From NCBI GenBank assembly GCA_903895695.1, contig CAITUY010000122.1, positions 94 to 64,093 of the forward strand: a stretch of 64,000 nucleotides of DNA, read 5' to 3'. The translations under genes were made by a program, and so were the position numbers. The DNA is from an uncultured bacterium. GTDB taxonomy: Bacteria > Verrucomicrobiota > Kiritimatiellia > CAIKKV01 > CAITUY01. The stretch's first letter is position 1. Each line of letters opens with the position of its first letter. Below the pieces are notes generated by a model. It ran no database searches, was not told the DNA's origin, and saw only the letters and a program-made list of their open reading frames with translations. Below, piece by piece: positions 41,955-52,495 of the stretch.

Positions 41955-43361
41955 CTATATGGCCGTTTCCAGCAGCAGATCCGTGAACCAGGCCGTACCC
42001 GGCCCGGCCAGTTCCATCTGTGGCATCACATAGGCGGCGTCGCCGCTGTCCAACTCGATCTCCACCCGGGTCCAATCCGAAGTCCCGGCGACCGGAACCG
42101 ACACGGCCGAATTCATGATGTTGCCATATCGGTAGGCGTAGGCCTGGAGGAGCAGACGGGCCTGCCCCTTCGCATCCGCGGTGCGAATCCACCCGCTGAA
42201 CCGGCACCGGGAATGGGGCCGCACGCGGCAGACGGCGCCGCCCGGATAGAGTTGGAGCGGTTCACCGGCCGCCGCCGACTGCAGGCGGATGGAGCGCGAG
42301 CCGCCCCGTCCGATCCGATCCCACGCGATGACGCCATCCGGGGCGGTCGGGATCCTGAACAGGGGGCACTCTTCAGGCGCCCAGGGATCCAGCGCCGCGT
42401 CGAAGCGGTTCGGCCGATCGAGGTGGAACGGCAACGCCAGCATCTCATGGCGCCACTGCTTCGGCCGCACCGGATCAGCCGCCTTGGCAAGCAGATCCCG
42501 CGCAAGCGGGGCCGGCAGATTGACGAGCTCAAGTTCCATCTCGTAGTGGAAAAATCCGTCGTCGCCCACATTGTCCTGGCCGGCGGTGTTCCAGATTATG
42601 TGTTCGTCAAAGAGCTGGTCGCAGGTCGCCCCAAGGAGCGGCACGCTGGTCCTATGGATCAGCACCGCCGGGTTGAAGGAGGCATGCGCCGCGTACGCCA
42701 CCCACGCGCTTGGGTAAGGCAGATTGCGGTGCCGCCACGGCCCGTGGCCTTCGCGGGCATTGCCGTAGTCGGTGCAGAACAAAAGGGCGTTGGAATGGAC
42801 GAGCCGCCGCAGCGCACCATCCTGGTTCTCCCAGACGCTGTGGGTCCAGCGCCGTTTCTCAGGACGTTCCGCCAGCGCGCCGGCCAGCATCATGTTGAAC
42901 GGCTCGAAGCCCTGCGGATCCAGCTTGCGGGCGGCAATGGAGAAGCGATAGCAGTAGCGAGCCCGGGCCGGATCGTAGGCAACGGTCAAGCGCCAGACGC
43001 AATTCTCGCCATCCGGCCCGTTCGTCGCGATACGGGCTTCGAGTTCCGGCCCGGTGGTTCGCAGCCAAGTCCAGTCGAGAGGCTTCCCGCCCCAATGCCG
43101 GGGCGGGAAACCGAAATTGATATAGGTGTTGTGCACGGTGTGCAGGTCCACCACCTTCCCCGGCGGTTCGACGTTGGCCATTTCGTCAGGCTCGAACGGC
43201 GAGTAGGCCCAGATATCCAGGTTCGTTTGCCGGAACAGCGCCAACGCCCGCTTGCCGTCGAATATGCGCCAGTCCTCACCTTCGGCCTCCACGTGGAAGG
43301 CGGGGGTGTACGGCCGCGGTGCGGCCCGGCGCAAGGAATTCAGGATGGTCTCAAGATACAT
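41955..43361 (-). CDS. hypothetical protein with C-terminal beta-sandwich (CBM-like) region
   Basis: 468 aa and no signal peptide. The codon usage and composition are consistent with neighbouring genes. The C-terminal segment, ...CRFSGWIRTADAKGQARLLLQAYA...WTRVEIELD...AWFTDLLLE, looks like a galactose-binding-like/CBM4_9 jelly roll (tentative). Confidence 0.5.
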   Translation of the reverse strand: MYLETILNSLRRAAPRPYTPAFHVEAEGEDWRIFDGKRALALFRQTNLDIWAYSPFEPDEMANVEPPGKVVDLHTVHNTYINFGFPPRHWGGKPLDWTWLRTTGPELEARIATNGPDGENCVWRLTVAYDPARARYCYRFSIAARKLDPQGFEPFNMMLAGALAERPEKRRWTHSVWENQDGALRRLVHSNALLFCTDYGNAREGHGPWRHRNLPYPSAWVAYAAHASFNPAVLIHRTSVPLLGATCDQLFDEHIIWNTAGQDNVGDDGFFHYEMELELVNLPAPLARDLLAKAADPVRPKQWRHEMLALPFHLDRPNRFDAALDPWAPEECPLFRIPTAPDGVIAWDRIGRGGSRSIRLQSAAAGEPLQLYPGGAVCRVRPHSRCRFSGWIRTADAKGQARLLLQAYAYRYGNIMNSAVSVPVAGTSDWTRVEIELDSGDAAYVMPQMELAGPGTAWFTDLLLETAI

Positions 43362-43435
43362 GGGTGTCTGTGCCTCGATGGGGTATTAGTTATAGTTAAA
43401 CTCTCGATTTTGGTTCCGACTATGCCGGGCCAGGT

Positions 43436-46400
43436 TCAATCCCGCTGCCCTGCCGCGTAACCGACCATGCGCTTGAGCAGGACCGGCCAGCCATCCCAGT
43501 TCCAGAAGGGCAATTCGCCTTCCTCGCCTGTGCCCAACGCCGTGCCGGCAAACACGACCACCGTGCCCTTACCGACCTTCCATGAAATCACGGCTGGCTC
43601 CCCGCCCGCCAGCACGTGCACATCCGCCCCGGCTTTCACCTTTACCGCATGCCGCCAATAGACCGTGGGGGCGCGTTTCCATTGAGCCGGTGAAACGGCG
43701 CTGGCGATCCCGTCACGGGGAGCGCCGCCGGCGGGGGTGAGGATCCACGGCGCCGCCGCCGTCACAACGTCACGGGGACTCAGCTCAACGGGCAGCAGGG
43801 CCTCCATGAATGTATTCTTCATATCCCCCTGGCCCAGCGTATACAGCCCGCCCAGCAGCACCAACCCGCCGCCGGCTTCAACATAATCCTTCAGAATCTT
43901 CCGCCCCTCGTAGTTCAAGCCCATGGCCCCTATGTTCACGAAAACCACCACGTCCTGCTTGAACACGTCCTCATGTTTCTGCGGGAATTTATCCGCGTCG
44001 CCCGTGTTCGACCACAGCTCGGTCACGCGAAACGTTCCACCCGTGGGCGGCAGCACCTTGTCGATGCCGTAAGTTTGCCAGGTCCACCCCTTGACCACGA
44101 GCGCGCTGGGCCCGTTGTCGCCGCCCACCTTCAGCCCCGCCGGCACCGGTTTCGGATTCGCCACGAGCATCCGGTCGTCCGTATAGACCTCGTCCTGTTC
44201 CATTAGGATGTGATCCATCATCAAGCGATGGTCGCCTTCGTCCGGCGTCGAGGCATTCCCGATAAAAGAGGGCCACCCTGTCATCGACTTCATTTCAACA
44301 GGGATGTCATAGTAGTGGTACGCATTGTCGGCAATGAGCGTCTGCTCTTTCGGCAGACCCGCATCGGCGGTGGCAAAGCGCACGTTATAGTCGAACGTCT
44401 TATTGTTGCAGAGCACGCGGACCGTCACGCTCTGGCGACGCGGGGTGGCGGCCGTATCTTCCAGTTTGATGCGCAGCCGGGCACGCCATTTTCCGGGCGA
44501 TATCGGCCCGATCCACGTCCTGCCGACGTCGGCATTCTTGACGCCGGCGTCGCGTACCTGCGCCATTCCGTTCATGGCGCCCGCATCGGCAATCCCCTTG
44601 GCACCGACGCTGTTGTACCCCCCATCGGTCTCGAAAAGCAGTTGGTTGGGTTTCAGGTTGGAGATGCCCGGGCGCAGTGGATCCACGGCGACCGGGCCGC
44701 TGTTGCCCCCCCGGCCTTCGGCCACTTTCACCGGGTCAGGCGGCTCCGTGAACTTCGGGCGGGGCTCGGGCAGTTTGAACCGGCCGCTGAATTCCGTCAC
44801 AACCAAACTCCAGCCCTGCACGGCCGGCACGGTCATCACCGCCCAATCGCCCTCCCGCTTGACAGCCAGCGGCGTGCGCGTCTCACCCATCGGCTCCAGC
44901 AACAGGGCTTGCGTGAGGGTCTGCCCGGCCGGCACCTTCACGCGGACACCGACATTGGCCAGCGGCGCGGGCATGGGTCGCCCCAGTGCCTCGATCCGGT
45001 CATCCACGGGCGGGTTGATCAGATGGACAATCACCTGCCGCGTTTTCTCGTCCGCAATTCGTTCCTTGACCCATTCCGGCCACCAAATCGGACCGGCGGC
45101 TTTCACCTCCACATTGCCTTCCGCCGCCAGCGGCTTGAGGTTGAGATCCCACACCAGGCCTGACCAGCGCGTCAGGAAACGCCCCCAGTTCTCACATCCC
45201 GCGATGTTTCCCAGGAGACCGTAGGCGGGATGCACGCCGGCCGCCGAACCGAGGATGAATTTATAGTAAGGACTGTTACCGTAGATGAAGTGGTAACTGC
45301 CGCCCGTCTCACGCAGGCCGTTGGCGGCGGCCGCTTCCTTCACCGCATAGTCGCGCCACGACGTGTAACTGCCGCTCTCGCTGAAGCCGTAGCGCTGGCC
45401 GATGGCCTCCTGCATGAACATCCCGCCGCCGGCCATGGACTCCCGGAACTCATGCTTGAACGAGACCATGCCGAGTTTGTTGAGGTGACTGGTCTGGTGG
45501 CCGTAGCTCCAACTGTAGTTGAAGCCGAACAAGAAGTTCGGGTCATAGCTCCAGAGCGCCTCCTTGAGGCGGCGCATGTTGGACGTCGATAGTTCGTCGT
45601 TGCCGGCCGTCCAGTGTCCGTCGAACCGCACGCCGTCCCAGCCAAACCGCCGGGAGGACTCGATCAACTCGCGGATGCCGTGCTCCAGGGGCTCAGTCTT
45701 GCGGAAGTCGGGGCTGACATCCCAGCCGCCGGTATTCATGAACGTCGAATGGCTGAACTTTCCATTCACCATGTGAAACGCAAAATCGTTCCAGTGAAAC
45801 AGATCGAAGGTGTGGAACGATCCGTAGGGATGCCCCCGGTCATCCATATAGAACCATTCGGGGTGGCGGCGGACCAGTTCCCAGCCCTCGTTGTTCATCG
45901 CCACATGCTTGCCATAGGTGATCGACTTGATGCCGTGGGGTTTGCAGGCCGCCACCATGGCCTTGATATTGGCGGCGTTTTCCCAGCGGGCGCTCTGGCC
46001 GCTGATCCACTCCGCGGTCTCCGGCGTCATGCAGCCCCAGTCATCCGGCGGCCAGAAGGTCTTCTCCCACCAGTTCACGTAGTCCGCCCGCAGTTGCAGC
46101 ACGCCGGCGGGAATCGCCTTGGGATCGCACATCGCCGAATGCCCGGTCATGACCGTGGGCCCGCCCATGGCCACGGACCACAGGCTGTCGCTGACGTTGA
46201 ACACGTCGCTGTTGACGTCCAGGACCTTCTCGCCCTGCCGCAGTTCCACCCGCGCCTCGTGTCCGTACTCGGCCTGGCCGCAGGCAAACGGCATGTCCAT
46301 GGCCAGTTCTTCACCAGCCGGCACGGTCACGTCCGACTCGCCGGCCGGCCGGGTGGTGTTCAAGTCACGGACCAGCGTCAGAGCCAGTTTTCCGGACATC

Positions 46401-47053
46401 GGCTGTGCCGTGAAATTGCGCACCGTTACCGCCACCGTGCCCGTTTCACCACGCCGATAGAGCAGCTTGTTCGGGAAGACCTTCACGACACCCAGGCCGC
46501 CATCCAAACGGTGGACGGTAATGTCGTAGATGTGAACGGCGGTCAGGTCCTTGTTCACCGGGGCCTTGGCCGCCGCATCGCCTGCCAGCTCGTTGATGTC
46601 CGGCAGCTTGGCAATGATGTCCGGGTTGCCCGCCCAGTTGACGGTGCAGACCAACGCGGCCGGTTTGGGCAGCACGACGACGAATCGGACCTGGCGCGGC
46701 GAAGCATCCTGCGGAAGGTCCGGGCAGTGCAGCGACCTTGACTGGCCCGGCTGCCCCGGCGCCTGCACCTGGCAGGTTATGACCGGGTCGGCTTTGAGGC
46801 CGAACGCCGGAGCAGCAAGACGGAAATCAACCGCGTACCGGCCCGGGGCCAGGCTGGCGGTCTGGGCCTTGGCCGCCTGCCCGTCCTTGGCGGCGGCAGG
46901 CACAACATAATGCGCCCCGGCCCCGCTGCCGTCCGACTCTGCCGTTGCCGGCACCTCGAGCTTTTCTCCACGCGGCACCGCGTCCTGCGCGCAGGCAACG
47001 CCCATCGCGAATGTCGCCGCCAAGACAGCCCCTGTCGTGATGATCTTAATCAT
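43436..47053 (-). CDS. giant secreted glycoside-hydrolase-like protein with GATase1-like C-terminal domain (paralog of 18769..23271)
   Basis: ORF 43436..47110. The ATG at 47053 gives the signal peptide MIKIITTGAVLAATFAMGVACAQ. The shared motifs are listed under 18769..23271. Confidence 0.55.
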   Translation of the reverse strand: MIKIITTGAVLAATFAMGVACAQDAVPRGEKLEVPATAESDGSGAGAHYVVPAAAKDGQAAKAQTASLAPGRYAVDFRLAAPAFGLKADPVITCQVQAPGQPGQSRSLHCPDLPQDASPRQVRFVVVLPKPAALVCTVNWAGNPDIIAKLPDINELAGDAAAKAPVNKDLTAVHIYDITVHRLDGGLGVVKVFPNKLLYRRGETGTVAVTVRNFTAQPMSGKLALTLVRDLNTTRPAGESDVTVPAGEELAMDMPFACGQAEYGHEARVELRQGEKVLDVNSDVFNVSDSLWSVAMGGPTVMTGHSAMCDPKAIPAGVLQLRADYVNWWEKTFWPPDDWGCMTPETAEWISGQSARWENAANIKAMVAACKPHGIKSITYGKHVAMNNEGWELVRRHPEWFYMDDRGHPYGSFHTFDLFHWNDFAFHMVNGKFSHSTFMNTGGWDVSPDFRKTEPLEHGIRELIESSRRFGWDGVRFDGHWTAGNDELSTSNMRRLKEALWSYDPNFLFGFNYSWSYGHQTSHLNKLGMVSFKHEFRESMAGGGMFMQEAIGQRYGFSESGSYTSWRDYAVKEAAAANGLRETGGSYHFIYGNSPYYKFILGSAAGVHPAYGLLGNIAGCENWGRFLTRWSGLVWDLNLKPLAAEGNVEVKAAGPIWWPEWVKERIADEKTRQVIVHLINPPVDDRIEALGRPMPAPLANVGVRVKVPAGQTLTQALLLEPMGETRTPLAVKREGDWAVMTVPAVQGWSLVVTEFSGRFKLPEPRPKFTEPPDPVKVAEGRGGNSGPVAVDPLRPGISNLKPNQLLFETDGGYNSVGAKGIADAGAMNGMAQVRDAGVKNADVGRTWIGPISPGKWRARLRIKLEDTAATPRRQSVTVRVLCNNKTFDYNVRFATADAGLPKEQTLIADNAYHYYDIPVEMKSMTGWPSFIGNASTPDEGDHRLMMDHILMEQDEVYTDDRMLVANPKPVPAGLKVGGDNGPSALVVKGWTWQTYGIDKVLPPTGGTFRVTELWSNTGDADKFPQKHEDVFKQDVVVFVNIGAMGLNYEGRKILKDYVEAGGGLVLLGGLYTLGQGDMKNTFMEALLPVELSPRDVVTAAAPWILTPAGGAPRDGIASAVSPAQWKRAPTVYWRHAVKVKAGADVHVLAGGEPAVISWKVGKGTVVVFAGTALGTGEEGELPFWNWDGWPVLLKRMVGYAAGQRD

Positions 47054-47070
47054 GATATCGATGACCTTTG

Positions 47071-48312
47071 TTACGGCAACCGGATAACGTTGCGTTTGAC
47101 AGCCCGCCAATACGCGGCAATGGGGTAGAACAAGGCATACGTGATGCTGGCATCAAAGTCGGTCTGAAGCAGCATCTGTCTCAACAGATCGAGTTGGTCC
47201 GCCGGGAACGGCCGATCCGGCACCATGAGTTGCGCCAGCAGCGCCTCGGCGGGTTCGCGGATCGTCTCGCCTTCGCCGGACGACCGGTCGGTCTCGTAGT
47301 TCCAGGCCAGCCGATTGGGGTAGATCGGCGCTCGGTGTCCCTCGGCGTCCATCTTGCTCAGCTCCCAGTGCCGCCAGTCCAAGTCATAGGCCTCCACGTG
47401 GAGCGGCTTGTAGCCGTTCAGGCATTGCCAGGAAAAGCCTTCCATGCGCCCGGCGTAAAAATCCATGGCCCGCATCCAGGCGGCGCGCAGGTTCAGGTCG
47501 TCGCGTTCCAGCGCCACCAGCGGTTCAAGCGAGAACACGGCCTGCTGATAGGCGTAGGCGACCCGGAACCAGATCGGCGACGTGACGGACTCGCGCGCCG
47601 CCTTCCAGGCATAGCGGCGGTACTGATCGCGCCAGTGCTCGTCGCCGGTCAGGTCCCAGCCGATCAAGTAGATCATCGGCAGGCGCGCCCATTCGTGGCA
47701 CCAGACCTCCCACATCTTGGTCACGCCGCTGAAGGCGCCGTCCTCGCGACAAAGCGAAAAATTGCGCTCGCCCGGCACCACGAACGCCTCGGCCCGGGTG
47801 CAAATGTCGGCGATGATCCGGCGCATGGCGGCGCGCTGCTTCTCGTCGGCCAGCGGCGAGTGATAGAAGCGCCAGAGACCGTGGCAGTAGTGCGTGTATT
47901 GGTCGCGCGAACTCTCGCTGTAGTGGCTCTGTCTGTCCTCCGGGCAGACGCTGCGCGGCAGGAAACCCGGCGCCTTGGAGACGGCCATCAGCAATTCCAT
48001 GCCCGCCCACACCTGGTCGGCGCAGCGCTTCATCGCCGCGTCGCCGGTGGCGTCGAAGCGATCACAGATCGTCGCCATCCAGACCCCGGCGCTGATGGCG
48101 CTATCCTCCATCCCGGTTCCCCAGCCGCAGGTGTTGGGAAACTGCCGTTTCACCTCGTCGGCCGTGGGCAGGTGCGCTTGGCTCTTGGCCGGGTCCTTGC
48201 CGGACACGTAGTCGTAGAACAGGCCGGTCTCCGAACGGAAGTAACGGGCCCAGGAAATGGTCCACGCTTGTTCGGCCTTGTCCAGAAGCTGCTGTTCCTG
48301 CCTGATGCTCAT
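47071..48312 (-). CDS. hypothetical cytoplasmic protein, alpha/alpha-toroid (six-hairpin glycosidase-like) suspected
   Basis: 413 aa. It is Trp/aromatic-rich with helical periodicity (…GWGTGMEDSAISAGVWMATICDRF…). No confident family was recognised. Confidence 0.45.
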   Translation of the reverse strand: MSIRQEQQLLDKAEQAWTISWARYFRSETGLFYDYVSGKDPAKSQAHLPTADEVKRQFPNTCGWGTGMEDSAISAGVWMATICDRFDATGDAAMKRCADQVWAGMELLMAVSKAPGFLPRSVCPEDRQSHYSESSRDQYTHYCHGLWRFYHSPLADEKQRAAMRRIIADICTRAEAFVVPGERNFSLCREDGAFSGVTKMWEVWCHEWARLPMIYLIGWDLTGDEHWRDQYRRYAWKAARESVTSPIWFRVAYAYQQAVFSLEPLVALERDDLNLRAAWMRAMDFYAGRMEGFSWQCLNGYKPLHVEAYDLDWRHWELSKMDAEGHRAPIYPNRLAWNYETDRSSGEGETIREPAEALLAQLMVPDRPFPADQLDLLRQMLLQTDFDASITYALFYPIAAYWRAVKRNVIRLP

Positions 48313-48430
48313 GGCACTCTCCGTTGCTGAGAAATTGAGGGCCTATAGATTAGCCTTGAACCGGCGAATGTGCAACCTGACCGCGTCACCGCGTCACCGT
48401 CATTGAATCCAATTCGTTGATATCTGCGGG

Positions 48431-49939
48431 TTACTCGGCCCAGACTTCCAACACACTCATCACGTGCGTCTGTGGCTCTTCTCCCAACGCCAGCGCCGTG
48501 ATTTCAAGTTCGTTGCGAAAGCCCAGGGCCGGCGCGGTTACCAAGTCCACTTCGAAGTGCATGTGCTCGGGCAGGCCTTTGCCGGCGCCGGGATCCTTGC
48601 CTTCCTGCAGCCGATGGGACGCCGCCACCGCGTGATCAGGCAGCAACACACCATTGAGGCGAAAGCGCCACTGGTCAGCAGGTACACTGCCGAAGATGCG
48701 CCAGGAAAGGCTGCCCCTGGCGTTCCGGCCCTGCTCTCCGGTCTGGAAGACAAAACGTTGCGGTGCGTTCACATCGGCCGGGGTGAAACGCAAAATCTGC
48801 CAGCGCACCGTGCCGCTCAGGCCGTCGCTGCCATCCGCATCTGCCGGCAGGTTCTGATAATGCCGGGGGCCGGCATAGATGTCGGATACCGATCCCATGG
48901 CGTGCAAGGCGGCCTGCATTTCCTCGCGTCGCTCTGGAAATTCGCAACAGACGTTGAAGGTGTGCAGTCCGTCGGCGCCGGCCGCATGGGCGACGGCCGC
49001 CAGCGCGCGGAACTCCGCCAGGCCGATGGAAAACGCACGTGCAAGTTGTGTCTGCGGTTCACCCCAGTCCGCCATCGCACGGGGCTGAATGGAATACAGG
49101 ATGCGGCAGTCCGACCCCTTGATCGCCGCGGCATAGTCGTCCATCGGAATGGTATAGTCCGCGAAGAGCCATTGGCAGGGATTCAGGTAATCGACCAGCC
49201 CCTCCCGCGCCCAGGCTGCCGGGTCCAGGCCGTTGGGCGCGCAATCGGCCAGCATGGCCGGCACCCGGGTCCCGAGCGCCAGCCGGTCAGTCCGTCCCCG
49301 GCCCGCAGCCACGCGGTCGAGCAGGCTGCGAATCTGGCGGACAAACCCGGTCATGGTCTCAATCTGCTCAGCCGTCGCGGGCCGTTGAAAATGGACGCAG
49401 AAGCGCATGAAGTCCAGTTCCAGCCCGTCGATCGGGTAGTTCTCGGCGATTTCAGTGATGATCGCGAAGATATGCGCCCGCACCTCGGGGATGGCGTAAT
49501 CCATGTACCAATCCGTCGTGCCGTCGGTCTTGCGGATGCGCCATTCCGGATGCTCCACAAAAAAATCGGGCGGCCCGCCGCACCACGACCATTGATAATG
49601 GGCGTCGCTCATGCGGATGGCAGCGAGGAAGCGTTTGCCGCGCTCGTGCACCCGGTCGGCCTGTATGCGTAACGGATCCGTACCGGCGCGCTGGAGTTCG
49701 TCCAGTATCAGCGTCGCTCGTTCTTCGAGGTCCGTTCGCGCAGAGGCCTTGCGTCCGTAGGTCTGGCCGATCGCCGTCGGATAGTAGCACTCGAAGGGGC
49801 TGGCGGCATGCGCCGCGTAGGTGTCGACCGGCGTCTCCATGATCCAGTCGACCCATTGGAGATAGTCCGCTTGCGCGTGGCCGGGACGCACAAAGGCGAG
49901 CGGCGCGGTGGCGTCGTCGTTATGAACAAAGGATATCAA
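48431..49939 (-). CDS. glycoside-hydrolase-like TIM-barrel protein (GHL10/DUF187-like, tentative)
   Basis: 502 aa. The first codon is TTG (49939), overlapping the upstream stop (TTGA). ...YPIDGLELDFMRF... resembles the GHL-type strand motif. No signal peptide is seen. Confidence 0.45.
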   Translation of the reverse strand: MISFVHNDDATAPLAFVRPGHAQADYLQWVDWIMETPVDTYAAHAASPFECYYPTAIGQTYGRKASARTDLEERATLILDELQRAGTDPLRIQADRVHERGKRFLAAIRMSDAHYQWSWCGGPPDFFVEHPEWRIRKTDGTTDWYMDYAIPEVRAHIFAIITEIAENYPIDGLELDFMRFCVHFQRPATAEQIETMTGFVRQIRSLLDRVAAGRGRTDRLALGTRVPAMLADCAPNGLDPAAWAREGLVDYLNPCQWLFADYTIPMDDYAAAIKGSDCRILYSIQPRAMADWGEPQTQLARAFSIGLAEFRALAAVAHAAGADGLHTFNVCCEFPERREEMQAALHAMGSVSDIYAGPRHYQNLPADADGSDGLSGTVRWQILRFTPADVNAPQRFVFQTGEQGRNARGSLSWRIFGSVPADQWRFRLNGVLLPDHAVAASHRLQEGKDPGAGKGLPEHMHFEVDLVTAPALGFRNELEITALALGEEPQTHVMSVLEVWAE

Positions 49940-51072
49940 TCAACCCTCTGCCAAGTTCCATTTCTGGAACTCCTGATAACGCCCCTCGCCCGCCTGTTGT
50001 CGGCCGAGGACTCGTTGTTTCGGCGATAATCGTTCAGGCTCGCGGCGGTTGCCACGGCCTCCTCGCGCGTCTGGGCGCCGAACTCCAGCACGACCCGCGC
50101 CCCGGGCGGGTACTGGGCCGGCCAGGTGGCGACAGGACCGGTGGCGATGTTCGCGTGCATCTGGGCGCAGTGCGGGGCGAACTCGCGGTAAGCCTCGACG
50201 GTCGTTTCCCGCGGCTGGCAGAGATTCAGAATGCGTAGCCCGCGAATCCGCTTGAAGTGCTCCCACTGATGCCGGGCGGTCGCGCAGCAGTGCATCCCGA
50301 TACCGCCGTAGCGGTCCGACAAGGCGTTCAGGTGCGGCAGGAAGAACTCGACGAACATATCGCCATTGACGACACCCACCTCGTCTTCGGAAAGGGTGAT
50401 TCCCCGCGGCATGTAGTAATCGGGAAAGTGCGCCACGAACCCTGAGCCATAGCGCCGGAACCACTCGTCAAGAAACGCGGCCAGCAACTGCCGCGTCTTG
50501 TCGGCCAGTTCGCGCACCGCTTCCGGGGCATCCAGCAAAGCCGTCAGGAACGCCGACTTCTCCATAACCAGGGCCGCGATGTCCATTGGACTCTGGACAT
50601 CGACCATGCGAAACGCAGCCTCCGGACCGGCGCGCCGGGACAACTCGTCCGCCATCTCGAAAAGATAGGCGAGCGAAGACTGGCTCAACTCCGGCACGCG
50701 CACACGCGATACGTCCGCCGGCGAGTGGATCAGCGGCAGCGCGAACGGCATGTTGTCGGTGGGCCGGTGAACGGCGCACCCGAATGCCTCGGCGAAAATT
50801 TCGGTGCCGGTCAGCATCTTCAAGGCCGGAACGAGGTCGTCGTGAAGCCATTCGGCACGCACGCGGTGCGCCTCGTAGTCCTGCCAGATCCACTCCAGCC
50901 GCTCGCGGCGGAACTCCGGCCAGAGTGCGGGGCACGGCGGCGCCTCGGGCATGCCCAGCCGGATCAGGAACATGAACCCCGGCGCCGAACCGGGCCGCAG
51001 GAACTCCTCCCAGCGCCGCTTCCGGTCGGCAATACCCAAACCCCCGTGCGATTCGCAACCTGTTATAGCCAT
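49936..51072 (-). CDS. URO-D-family TIM-barrel protein
   Basis: ORF 49936..51183. The ATG at 51072 (MAITGCESHGG...) overlaps the MFS stop by 10 nt. The landmarks are LTGTEIFAEAFGCAV, AALVMEKSAFLTALLDAPEAVRELADK and YGGIGMHCCATARHQWEHF. Confidence 0.55.
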   Translation of the reverse strand: MAITGCESHGGLGIADRKRRWEEFLRPGSAPGFMFLIRLGMPEAPPCPALWPEFRRERLEWIWQDYEAHRVRAEWLHDDLVPALKMLTGTEIFAEAFGCAVHRPTDNMPFALPLIHSPADVSRVRVPELSQSSLAYLFEMADELSRRAGPEAAFRMVDVQSPMDIAALVMEKSAFLTALLDAPEAVRELADKTRQLLAAFLDEWFRRYGSGFVAHFPDYYMPRGITLSEDEVGVVNGDMFVEFFLPHLNALSDRYGGIGMHCCATARHQWEHFKRIRGLRILNLCQPRETTVEAYREFAPHCAQMHANIATGPVATWPAQYPPGARVVLEFGAQTREEAVATAASLNDYRRNNESSADNRRARGVIRSSRNGTWQRVD

Positions 51073-52466
51073 CCTGCATTCCCCTTTACGCGCTCTTGCC
51101 GGAACCCATGGACGATAAGCCGGCGCAGTACGCTGCGCGTGGTATGGATGTCGTCGGGCTTCACCCGGCCGAAAAGAAACCAACCAAACGCCAGCGGTCC
51201 CAAGGCCAGCATGAAAAGGATGGTATGCCCATCAACAACAACCGGCCCCAGGCGCGTCTGCCAGCCGTGACAAAGTGACAGCAGGCCGCCTGCCAGAAGC
51301 GGGCCGATGCCGCCGGTGATTCCGATCCAGGCGTAGTAGATGGCCGTGTAGGCGGTGCTCTTTTCCGGCGGCACCACTGCATTGAAAAGCAGGCGTCCGG
51401 ATCCAATCACCAAGCACGTACTCACGACACCATAGAAGAAGTAGAGCGCCGCACACCAGACCACGAGATGCGGCACCTGCCGCGGCAGTAGCAACCAACC
51501 CAGCGGCAACAGCACGCTTAGCGCCGCGGCCGGCATCAGCACCGGCCGGCTGCCAACCCGGTCCGCCAGGTACCCCGCGGCGAGACTCGACAACGCGCCT
51601 CCGAGCATCACCAGGGCATCCAGCCGCACGACGGTCCCGGCGCTCAGTCCCAGCCGGTCTTTGAGATAGAGCGGCAGAAAGGCGACCAATAAGGCCATGC
51701 CGACCGCAACCGCCCCCACGCCCCCTAGAAAGGCGACGAAATTACGGTCGCGCAGCGAAGCCCGCAGGTTCGCCCGATGGGCGCCCGAAGCCGCGGCCAC
51801 CGGCACGGGCGCGCCGCCCGGCACCTTCACCATCACGGCAACGCCCGCCAGGCCGAGCAGGCTACCCAGTCCGATGAGCCAAAGGAAGCGGTTCAGGCCC
51901 ACCCCGGAGGCGAGCACGTGCCCGGCCAACAACAGAGCCAGACTCGATGCCAGCAGTCCCAGCACCGTGCTCCAGGCCGAGAATGTTCCGCGCACTTCGT
52001 TCGGCACGAATTCCTGGCTCCAAGGATAGTAGGCGGTTTCGGCCAGGGCGCGAAGCACGGCGAACGTGATGACGATGCCGTACAAGTAAACTATCGCCGG
52101 CGTGCGGCCGGCCTGGACCAGGATCCAGGGCAGCAGGACCAGCCCGGCCATGGCCACCTTGCGCAGACCATAACCCGCCAGGAAAACCCGTTTTCGTCCC
52201 AACCGGGTGGCCACCGGGGCAAAACCCAGCGCCAGCAGGCCGCAAAAGGGAAAGAGGGAAAGCAGAAACCCAATCTGCCCCTTAGGCAATCCCAGTTCAT
52301 CCAAAAACAAGAGGAAGACCGAACCGCCAAAGGTCCAGAAATAGAACACGCTGTTCAACACGCCTTGGGCCAGGCACCACGGCAACCCCCGGCGTTGTGC
52401 TGCCGCGAAATCGGGCGATACCGTGCGGCGGGCGATGCCGTCTTCAGCGTTGAGCATCTCTCCCAT
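51063..52466 (-). CDS. MFS transporter
   Basis: 467 aa with about 12 hydrophobic segments. The loop ATRLGRKRVFLAGYG is the MFS D/G-R-x-G-R-K/R-like motif between TM2 and TM3. Confidence 0.85.
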   Translation of the reverse strand: MGEMLNAEDGIARRTVSPDFAAAQRRGLPWCLAQGVLNSVFYFWTFGGSVFLLFLDELGLPKGQIGFLLSLFPFCGLLALGFAPVATRLGRKRVFLAGYGLRKVAMAGLVLLPWILVQAGRTPAIVYLYGIVITFAVLRALAETAYYPWSQEFVPNEVRGTFSAWSTVLGLLASSLALLLAGHVLASGVGLNRFLWLIGLGSLLGLAGVAVMVKVPGGAPVPVAAASGAHRANLRASLRDRNFVAFLGGVGAVAVGMALLVAFLPLYLKDRLGLSAGTVVRLDALVMLGGALSSLAAGYLADRVGSRPVLMPAAALSVLLPLGWLLLPRQVPHLVVWCAALYFFYGVVSTCLVIGSGRLLFNAVVPPEKSTAYTAIYYAWIGITGGIGPLLAGGLLSLCHGWQTRLGPVVVDGHTILFMLALGPLAFGWFLFGRVKPDDIHTTRSVLRRLIVHGFRQERVKGNAGWL

Positions 52467-52495
52467 GAAGAGCGTTCTCGGATCCCGGCTTCGGG

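Noticed and set aside
39207-43460. Two consecutive long plus-strand ORFs (39207-41297, 696 aa; 41298-43460, 720 aa)
   Set aside because: They are antisense to the well-formed minus-strand genes 38952-41879 and 41955-43361. They have low-complexity Arg/Gly/Pro-rich translations and no start context or domains.
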